Assembly (NCBI GenBank): GCA_046290465.1
Contig: JBKAGP010000001.1
Span: 1,472,001-1,536,000, forward strand
From: Planctomycetota bacterium
GTDB taxonomy: Bacteria; Planctomycetota; UBA1135; UBA2386
Direction of reading: 5' to 3'
Length of the DNA stretch: 64,000 bases
How positions within the stretch are numbered: the first letter of the stretch is position 1; each line of letters starts with the position of its first letter. Below, piece by piece: positions 41,847 to 49,331 of this stretch. Made by a program: the position numbers and the translations under genes. The notes under the pieces are model-generated. The model was not told the DNA's origin and searched no databases. It saw nothing but the letters and a program-made list of their open reading frames with translations.

Positions 41847-43523
41847 ATGCGTATCCGTGCCGCGCTGCTGACGTCCGCCCTCGCCACCGCCTCCGCGTTC
41901 GCCCAGCAGAGCGAGCTGCGCGAGCGCATCGAGACGTTCTCCGCGGACCTCGCCGACCTCAACCGCCGCTACGACACACCGATGTCGGACGAACGGCGCG
42001 ACCGGCTGCGCCGCCGCTACAACGAGGAGCTGCGCGCGCTCGACGGCCTCGACTTCGAGGCGCTCGCTCGCGACGGGCGCATCGACTGGATCCTGTTCGA
42101 GAACCACCTGCGGCGCGAGCTGCACGAACTGCAGGAGCAGCAGCGGCGCGACGCCGAGCTGGGCACGCTGCTGCCGTTCGCCGACCAGATCACCGCGCTG
42201 TGCGACGCGCGCCGCAAGCTCGACGGCGTCGACGCGCGCAAGACGGCCGAGATCGTCGACGGCATCGCCAGGAGTGCCGCCGAGGTGCGCGCCCGCCTGC
42301 AGCGGGGCGAACTCGACGACACCCCGCCGCCGATCCGCGAGCGCGCCGCGCGCCGCCTGTCCGAACTGCGCCGCGCGCTGCGCGGCTGGTTCCGCTACCG
42401 CGACGGCTACGACCCGCAGTTCTCGTGGTGGGTGCGCGCGCCGCACGAGCAGGCCGACACCGGCATCGAGCGTCTCGGCGCTGCGCTGCGCTCGCTGCCG
42501 CGCGGCCAGCAGGGCGTCGACCGCACGCTGATCGGCGACCCGATCGGCGACCAGGCGCTGCAGCAGGCGCTGGCGTTCGAGTGGATCCCCTACACCCCCG
42601 CCGAACTGGTCGCGATCGCCGAACGCGAGTTCGCCTGGTGCGACGAGGAGATGGCCAAGGCCACCGAGGAGCTCGGCTGCAAGGACTGGCGCGAGGCGCT
42701 GGAGAAGACCAAGCAGAGCCACCGAGACCCCGGCGAGCAGCCGCAGCTGATCAAGGAACTGGCGCACGAGGCCATCGACTTCCTCGAGCAGCGCGAGCTG
42801 CTGACGATCCCCGAACTCGCCAAGGAGTGCTGGCGCATGTCGATGATGTCGCGCGAGGCGCAGCGGGTGAACCCGTTCTTCCTCGGCGGCAACACCATCC
42901 AGGTCAGCTTTCCGACCGACGCGATGGCGCACATCGAGAAGCTGCAGGCGCTGCGCAGCAACAACGAGCACTTCTGCCGCGCGACCGTGCACCACGAACT
43001 GATCCCCGGCCACTGGCTGCAGCAGTACTCGCAGGCCCGCCACCGCACCTGGCGCGCGCCGTTCCGGACGCCGTTCTGGATGGAGGGCTGGGCGCTCTAC
43101 TGGGAGATGCGGCTCTACGACCTCGGCCTCGCCAAGAACGCGATGGACCGGGTCGGCATGCTCTACTGGCGCAAGCACCGCTGCGCGCGGATCGTGTTCT
43201 CGCTGAACTTCCACCTCGGCCGCTGGACCGGACCGCAGTGCGTCGAATACCTGATCGAGCGCGTCGGCCACGAGCGCGCCGCGGCCGAGGGGGAGGTGCG
43301 GCGCTCGGTCGGCGGCGCATATCCGCCGCTCTACCAGGCCGCCTACATGCTCGGCGGCCTGCAGATCCGGGCCCTGCACCAAGAGCTGGTGGTGTCCGGC
43401 GAGCGCACCGAGAAGCAGTTCCACGACGAGATCCTGCGCCACAACTCGATTCCGATCGCGGTGCTGCGGGCGGCAATGGCATCGCAGCCGCCGGCCCGCA
43501 GGCTGTCGCCCTGGCGATTCTGA
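41847..43523 (+). CDS. DUF885 family secreted protein
   Basis: Signal peptide, 'HHELIPGHWLQ', 'EGWALYWE', 'YQAAYMLGG'. Confidence 0.9.
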   Translation: MRIRAALLTSALATASAFAQQSELRERIETFSADLADLNRRYDTPMSDERRDRLRRRYNEELRALDGLDFEALARDGRIDWILFENHLRRELHELQEQQRRDAELGTLLPFADQITALCDARRKLDGVDARKTAEIVDGIARSAAEVRARLQRGELDDTPPPIRERAARRLSELRRALRGWFRYRDGYDPQFSWWVRAPHEQADTGIERLGAALRSLPRGQQGVDRTLIGDPIGDQALQQALAFEWIPYTPAELVAIAEREFAWCDEEMAKATEELGCKDWREALEKTKQSHRDPGEQPQLIKELAHEAIDFLEQRELLTIPELAKECWRMSMMSREAQRVNPFFLGGNTIQVSFPTDAMAHIEKLQALRSNNEHFCRATVHHELIPGHWLQQYSQARHRTWRAPFRTPFWMEGWALYWEMRLYDLGLAKNAMDRVGMLYWRKHRCARIVFSLNFHLGRWTGPQCVEYLIERVGHERAAAEGEVRRSVGGAYPPLYQAAYMLGGLQIRALHQELVVSGERTEKQFHDEILRHNSIPIAVLRAAMASQPPARRLSPWRF

Positions 43524-43876
43524 GCGACCTCGGATGGAGCTGACCACCTGGTTGTTGGTGGCCGCGGCGACCGTGCACGGTCGGTCGGAACTCTGGTCCG
43601 CATTTCGTGAGGAACCGCCCGGCTTGGCCCTCCGGTGGCGCCCCAAGGCCAGCAGACGGCCTTGCCGACGGCTCTGGAGGCCGTGGCTGCCTCGTTGCGC
43701 GGCGGACCAACAGCCAAGTGATCCGTCGCCCTGGTGAGCGGACGCGGGCCGGCGAGAGGGTAAATCACAAGGCGAGGCCGGTCGGGGGTTTGCCTCCACC
43801 GGACAGATCGCCGATAACATCAGCCCGCGCACGGTCGTCCGTGCGCCAACACGCCCCACCAATGGAGCAAGACCCT

Positions 43877-44470
43877 ATGCGATTGACTGCAAGTGCCCTG
43901 CTTGCGGTGTGCGCTCTTGCGGCTCCGACCCTCGCCCAGACCAAGGGCCAGGAGATCAAGCCGAAGGTCGACACCGAAAAGCACTGGCGTATCGAGTGCT
44001 CGGGAATCGGCGGCTGAAGCGCGGCCGGCACCGCCCAGAGGGTCAGTTCGATCCTCAAGAAGCACAAGAACATCAAGAACCTGATCTTCGACACCACCGG
44101 TGGCGGGTACTTCCAGCTGAAGGACCCCAAGAAGGTGGTGGAGCTCGCCGACCTCAACCTGCTGCTCGAGAAGAAGCGCGCAGGCAAGAAGGTCCGCGTG
44201 CGCAAGCTCGAAGAGGTCGACCTCGAGAAGGCGGACATCGTCTACGAATGTTCGATCTCCGGCCTTGGTTGAGGGGGCACCGCCATCGAGACGCGTGACG
44301 TCTTGAAGAAGCTGGACGGTGTCATCCGCGTTCACCCGAACGGGGTGAACGGCAAGGCGCTGGTCTTCGTCAAGGACAAGAAGTCGCTGACGGAGGAGAA
44401 GGTGGAGACGGCCCTCAAGGCCACCAAGAAGCTCCGCCTGCGCAAGTTCAAGAAAGCCACCGACGTCTAG
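43877..44470 (+). CDS. Candidate exported selenoprotein with two Sec (197 aa; TGA at codons 47 and 132), tandem HMA-like domains
   Basis: GGAG RBS, signal peptide, one frame through TGA 44015 and TGA 44270 to TAG 44468; 'ECSGIGG-U-SAAGTA' and 'ECSISGLG-U-GGTAIETRDVLKKLDGV'. Confidence 0.8.
44038..44056 (+). promoter_or_regulatory. Putative SECIS hairpin for TGA 44015
   Basis: GAGGGTC-AGTTC-GATCCTC, loop 27 nt after TGA. Confidence 0.55.
44286..44306 (+). promoter_or_regulatory. Putative SECIS hairpin for TGA 44270
   Basis: TCGAGACG-CGTGA-CGTCTTGA, loop 21 nt after TGA. Confidence 0.6.
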
Positions 44471-44493
44471 TCGACGGCCGACTGACCGAACGC

Positions 44494-44532
44494 GAACGGG
44501 CCGCCACGTCCTCGAGACGTGGCGGCCCGTTC
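44494..44532. terminator. Strong hairpin between convergent genes, probable terminator
   Basis: GAACGGGCCGCCACGTC-CTCGA-GACGTGGCGGCCCGTTC; weak U-tract. Confidence 0.7.
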
Positions 44533-44599
44533 TGCGTCGTGGTCGCGGCTCGACGGCCTCTACCGCCGCCGCGACGGACGGCAGGCGCGGCCCCGCACA

Positions 44600-45160
44600 T
44601 CACGCGGCAGCCGGCAGGCTGCCCAGACGCCGCACCGAGGCGGTCGTCGCGACGGCGGCGGCGACCACCGCGATGCCGAGCCCGATGTGCGGCCCGACCG
44701 GCCCGCCAAGCTGCGTGCAGGCGTAGAGCGAGAAGCAGGTCGCGAGCACCGAGCCCACCAGCGAGACCGTCACCATCGTTCGCGCCGATGCGTCGTCGGC
44801 CGACGACGCCACCAGCTGCAGCGTCGCCGAGACCGCGAGCAGGATCAGCACGGTGACGCCGACCCAGCTGTCGATGCCCGCGGCGGTGACCGTGCCCTGC
44901 ACGCCGAGGGTGCCGAACACGCCGTTCATCGCCTCGCCGAAGCCCGCCATCGGCGCGCCTTCGATCTGCACGTTGCCGAGTCGGCCGAACGCGTCGTTCG
45001 CCGCGTGGTCGAGGGCGGCGCCGAGCTTGGACAGGTCGACGCGGAACCACGGCAACAAGCACGCGATCGCGCCGGCGGCGGCGGCGAGGGCCGGGGTCAG
45101 GGCACCGGCGGTGGCGGGACGGGACGGGTACGGACGGGTGGCGGCAACGGCTTCGGGCAT
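44600..45160 (-). CDS. Hypothetical membrane protein (about 4 TM)
   Basis: AAGGAG RBS, 'LLPWFRV', hydrophobic segments, 'PHIGLG'. Confidence 0.75.
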   Translation of the reverse strand: MPEAVAATRPYPSRPATAGALTPALAAAAGAIACLLPWFRVDLSKLGAALDHAANDAFGRLGNVQIEGAPMAGFGEAMNGVFGTLGVQGTVTAAGIDSWVGVTVLILLAVSATLQLVASSADDASARTMVTVSLVGSVLATCFSLYACTQLGGPVGPHIGLGIAVVAAAVATTASVRRLGSLPAAA

Positions 45161-45308
45161 GTGGCTCCTTTTGAACGTGAGGGGGGCGACCGATCTCCTT
45201 CCACGGCGGTCGCGGCGAATGCGGCGCCCCCTACGCGTTCGGCCGGGATGATTTGCGGATCGTCGCCGGGTCGCAGGCCGCCGTGAGGAACGGTGCCCGG
45301 GCATTGCT

Positions 45309-45350
45309 CCTCCTACATTTTGTAGTAGACCTCCGACAAGATGTAGGAGG
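45309..45350. promoter_or_regulatory. Tandem BlaI/MecI/CopY-type operator
   Basis: CTACA-TTT-TGTAG and CGACA-AGA-TGTAG dyads just upstream of the blaI-like gene. Confidence 0.75.
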
Positions 45351-45371
45351 TATCGGCGACGATGGGCCGCG

Positions 45372-45785
45372 ATGGCATCCCGACGCAAGCAGGCCGACGA
45401 CCGCACGCCGCAGATCACCGAAGCCGAACTGACCGTGCTCAAGTCGTTCTGGAACGACGGGCCGGCGACCGTGCGCGACCTGCTGACCCGGCTCGGCACC
45501 GAGTGGGCCTACACCACCGTGCAGACGCTGGTGTCGCGGCTCGTCGACAAGGGCCACGTGCGCGCCGACCGCCGCGGCGTCGCCCACGTGTTCGCGGCCG
45601 CGCGCGACCGCGAGGAATTCGCCCAGCTGCGCGTCGAGGAGGTCGCCAGCTCGCTGCTCGACGGCGCGGTCGCGCCGCTGGTGCTGCGGCTGGTCGAGAA
45701 CGGCAGGTTCTCCACCGACGACATCAAGCACTTCCGCAAGCTGCTGCGCGACGCCGAGCAGCGCAACAAGGGAGGCGACGCGTGA
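45372..45785 (+). CDS. BlaI/MecI/CopY family repressor
   Basis: 'ITEAELTVLKSFW..GPATVR', 'WAYTTVQTLVSRLVDKG'. Confidence 0.93.
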   Translation: MASRRKQADDRTPQITEAELTVLKSFWNDGPATVRDLLTRLGTEWAYTTVQTLVSRLVDKGHVRADRRGVAHVFAAARDREEFAQLRVEEVASSLLDGAVAPLVLRLVENGRFSTDDIKHFRKLLRDAEQRNKGGDA

Positions 45786-47692
45786 CGTTCCTGCTCGCCA
45801 ACGCCGCGATCGCGACCCTGCTCGCGGCGATCGTCTACGCGGTCGGTCGGCTGGCCCGGCCGCAGCCGGCCGTCATGCACGGGCTGTGGCTGCTGGTCGT
45901 GCTCAAGCTGGTCACGCCGCCGCTGTTCGAAGTGCCGGTCGACGCCTCCTGGTGGCGCACGGCCGAGCCGGCCGCGCGCGAGGCGTCCGGAGCCAACGCG
46001 TCGCCCACCACCCTCGCCACGTCGCCGCCGCGGCTCGGCCCCGACGACGTCGTGACCGTGCACCCGCTGCCGCCGGCCGCAGCGGCCGCCGCCCCGCCGA
46101 GCGGGCTCGAAACGACGTTGCTGGTCGCGTGGACCTGCGCCAGCATGCTGGTGCTGCTGGTCACCGCCGCCGGTGCCCTGCGCGGAAGCCGGCGCCTGCG
46201 TGCGCTGGCGCCGGTGCCGCCTTGGTTGCGCCGCGAGGTCGAGCAGCTCGCCGCCCGCATGTCGCTGCGCGTTCCCGAGCTGTGCGACGACCCGAGCGCA
46301 GCGGGCCCCTACCTGTGGACGCTCGGCCGCACGCGGCTGGTGCTGCCGGCCAGGTTGCTGCAGCAGCAGCCAGAACGCGGCCGCGCCGCGGTGCTCGCCC
46401 ACGAGCTGGCCCACCTGCAGCGACGCGACCACTGGGTCGCGCGCGCCGAGGTGTTGCTGACCGCGGCGTTGTTCTGGCACCCGCTGTACTGGTTCGCGCG
46501 GGCCCGCATGCGCCTGTGGGCCGAGCTCGCCAGCGACGCGGTCGCGGTGCGCACGGTGCCCGGCGCGAGCCTCGAATACGCGTCGATGCTCGTCGACGCC
46601 GCCGCGCGTCCGGCGTCCCCATCCACCGGTCCGGTGACCGCGGTGCTCGCAGCGAGACCGTCGGCACGGGCCGCATTCGAACGGAGGTTGAAGATGATCC
46701 TGAACGAGAACCTGCCCCGCCGCGCCTCGCGCGCCTGGCTCCTGCCCTTTGCCGGCCTGTTCGCCGGCCTGTTCGCCCTGCCGGTCACGGCACAGGACCC
46801 AAAGCCGCGCGAGACCGTCAAGGTCGAGATACGCGTCAACGGCAAGAAGGTCGAGGGACTGACCGGCGCGCAGCAGAAGGCCCTGCTCGAGCTGCTGCAG
46901 CAACGCGACGGCCAGAGCCGGGATCGCGCGGCCGGAAGGCGCCGCGCCAGCGAGCGCGCCGGGCGGATCGTCGACCGTTCGCGTCGGCCGGGCATCCGCG
47001 TCGACGGCAGCATCGGCGAAGAGATGCGCCGGGGTCTGGCCGAGGCGCGGCGTGAGATCCAGAAGGACCAGGACCTGGCCGAGCTCGGCATCACCGACGA
47101 GGTCGTCAAGATGATCGACGGCATCGCCAACGGCGACGGCATCGAGCAGCACCTCGACGGCGTCATCAAGGCCGCGATGGAAGGCGCCGGCGACCTGGTG
47201 CTCGACGAGCTCGAGAACGACCCCGACCTGCAGAAGCTCGGCCTCGACAAGGGCATCGCCAACCTGGTGAAGGGCTTCCTCGGCAACCAGCACAACCAGC
47301 GCATGATCGGCGACCTCGCCCGCACGGCGATCGACTCGGCGCTCTCCGAAGCACGCGCCGAGATCCGCAACGACCAGGACCTCGCCAGGCTCGGCATCGC
47401 CGGCGACGTCGAGAAGCTGATCGACTCGGTGATCTCGGGCGGCGGCGACTTCGAGGGCGACCTGGAGCGCGTCGTCGAGCGCGCGATGAAGGCCGCGATC
47501 GAGCCCGAAGGCCGTTCGCCGCGCACGCGCGGCAAGCTGCGCGTCGGCCGGAAGCCGCAGCAGCCGAAGGCCGAGCAACAGCCCGCCGACCGCGAACTGC
47601 GCGAACTCGAGCGCGCCCTCGAGCAGGCCAACGCCGAGCTCGAACGCGCCAAGGCCCGCCTCGACGAGCTGCGCCGCCAGCGCCGTCGCTAG
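45782..47692 (+). CDS. BlaR1-like M56 metallopeptidase with non-PBP C-terminal region
   Basis: GTGA overlap, 'HGLWLLVVLKLVTPP', 'LAHELAHLQRRD', 'FWHPLYW', 'ELASD'. Confidence 0.9.
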   Translation: MTFLLANAAIATLLAAIVYAVGRLARPQPAVMHGLWLLVVLKLVTPPLFEVPVDASWWRTAEPAAREASGANASPTTLATSPPRLGPDDVVTVHPLPPAAAAAAPPSGLETTLLVAWTCASMLVLLVTAAGALRGSRRLRALAPVPPWLRREVEQLAARMSLRVPELCDDPSAAGPYLWTLGRTRLVLPARLLQQQPERGRAAVLAHELAHLQRRDHWVARAEVLLTAALFWHPLYWFARARMRLWAELASDAVAVRTVPGASLEYASMLVDAAARPASPSTGPVTAVLAARPSARAAFERRLKMILNENLPRRASRAWLLPFAGLFAGLFALPVTAQDPKPRETVKVEIRVNGKKVEGLTGAQQKALLELLQQRDGQSRDRAAGRRRASERAGRIVDRSRRPGIRVDGSIGEEMRRGLAEARREIQKDQDLAELGITDEVVKMIDGIANGDGIEQHLDGVIKAAMEGAGDLVLDELENDPDLQKLGLDKGIANLVKGFLGNQHNQRMIGDLARTAIDSALSEARAEIRNDQDLARLGIAGDVEKLIDSVISGGGDFEGDLERVVERAMKAAIEPEGRSPRTRGKLRVGRKPQQPKAEQQPADRELRELERALEQANAELERAKARLDELRRQRRR

Positions 47693-47700
47693 GAGCGCGG

Positions 47701-49221
47701 CTACTGCCGGTAGCCGCGCACGCCGCGCTCGGACCGCACCAGCACGTCGAGCATCGCGGCCATCTCGGCGACCCGCTGCGGCTGTTCGGCCGCGAGGTCG
47801 CGCTGCTCGCCGACGTCGCTCGCGAGGTCGTAGAGCTCGGCCTTGCGGTTGCGGCTGCGCGGCCGGATCAGCTTCCAGTCGCCGATGCGCAGCGCCAGCC
47901 GCCGCGCCTCCTCGATCAAGAACGGCACCCCGTCCGGATCCTGGCCGAGGAACGCCGCCAGCGTGTCGCGCGAGTCGATCGCCTGGTCGTCCGGCAGTTG
48001 GTAGCCGAGCATGGCCGCGAACGACGCCAGCAGGTCGATCTGGTTGACGGTCGCGTCGCTGACGCCCGGCTGCACCCGGCCCGGCCAGCGCACCAGCAGC
48101 GGCACGCGCGTGCCGCCTTCGTAGACCTGGTACTTGCCGCCGCGGAACGGCCCCGAACCGTCGTGGCCGCGATCGCGTTCCTTCGTCGACGTCAACACCT
48201 CGGTGCCGTCGACGTAGCCGTCGTCGTAGACCGGGCCGTTGTCGGACGAGAAGATCACGATCGTGTGCTCCGCCAGTCCGCCGCGATCGAGCGCGCGCAG
48301 CAGCTGCCCGCAGGCCCAGTCGAGCTGCACCATCGCGTCGCCGCGATGCCCGAGTTCGCTCTTGCCGCGGAACCGGCGGTGCGGCGCGCGCGGCACGTGG
48401 ATGTCCTGCGAGGAGAAATAGAGGAAGAACGGCTTGCCGGGCCGCTGCTGCTGCAGCCACGCGACCGCCTTGTCGACGAACACGTCGGCCATCGTCTCGT
48501 CGCTCCACACCGCGCTGCGGCCACCCCACATGTAGCCGATGCGACCGATGCCGCCGATCACCGACTGGTCGTGGCCGTGGCTCGACGGGTAGTAGGTCAT
48601 CGCCGAGCGGTCCTTGCGGCCGTCGGGATAGACCGTGCCGGAGAAGCCCTGCGGCCGCTTGCCGACGAACAGCGGATCGGCCGGGTCGAGCCCGACGACG
48701 GCGTGGCCCTCGAGGTAGACGCACGGCACGCGGTCGTTGGTCGACGGCATCAAGAACGAGTAGTCGAAGCCGACCTCGAGCGGTCCGGGCCCGACCTTGC
48801 CGTTCCAGTCGACCGGTCGCTGGCCGTCGCCGATGCCGAGGTGCCACTTGCCGACGACCGCGGTGCGATAGCCGTTCGCGCGGAAGACCTCGGGCAACGT
48901 CAGCATGCCTGGGCGGATCGTCATCGGCGCATTCGGCGGCAGCACCCGGACGCCGTGGCGGAAGCCGTGCCGGCCGGTCAGCAGCGAGAACCGCGACGGC
49001 GTGCAGGTCGCCGCCGAGCAATGGCCGTCGGTGAAGCGCAGCCCCTGGCGGGCGAGCCGGTCGAGGTTCGGGGTCGGGATCTTCTCGGCGCCGTAGCAGC
49101 CGAGGTCGCCGTAGCCGACGTCGTCGCCGTAGATCACGACCACGTTCGGGCGGGCGTCCTGGCTCGGCAGCGACGGGCCGAGCAGCAGCGACGAGAGCAG
49201 CAGGAACAGGCGCAGGCGCAT
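47701..49221 (-). CDS. Secreted sulfatase (formylglycine-dependent, Cys type)
   Basis: 'PNVVVIYGDDVGYGD', 'CTPSRFSLLTG', 'GKWHLG', 'SSDNG'. Confidence 0.95.
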   Translation of the reverse strand: MRLRLFLLLSSLLLGPSLPSQDARPNVVVIYGDDVGYGDLGCYGAEKIPTPNLDRLARQGLRFTDGHCSAATCTPSRFSLLTGRHGFRHGVRVLPPNAPMTIRPGMLTLPEVFRANGYRTAVVGKWHLGIGDGQRPVDWNGKVGPGPLEVGFDYSFLMPSTNDRVPCVYLEGHAVVGLDPADPLFVGKRPQGFSGTVYPDGRKDRSAMTYYPSSHGHDQSVIGGIGRIGYMWGGRSAVWSDETMADVFVDKAVAWLQQQRPGKPFFLYFSSQDIHVPRAPHRRFRGKSELGHRGDAMVQLDWACGQLLRALDRGGLAEHTIVIFSSDNGPVYDDGYVDGTEVLTSTKERDRGHDGSGPFRGGKYQVYEGGTRVPLLVRWPGRVQPGVSDATVNQIDLLASFAAMLGYQLPDDQAIDSRDTLAAFLGQDPDGVPFLIEEARRLALRIGDWKLIRPRSRNRKAELYDLASDVGEQRDLAAEQPQRVAEMAAMLDVLVRSERGVRGYRQ

Positions 49222-49331
49222 CGCCGCAGCCTACGGCGCGGCCCCGCGCGCCCGCCGTCGCAGCCGTCACTTTTTCGCGGCGGCACCACCGCCCTTGCCC
49301 GGCACCCGCACGACGCGGCTATCCTGCGGCG

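Noticed and set aside
43534..43737. 67-aa plus-strand ORF
   Set aside because: Atypical codons and no motif; overlaps the structured intergenic segment
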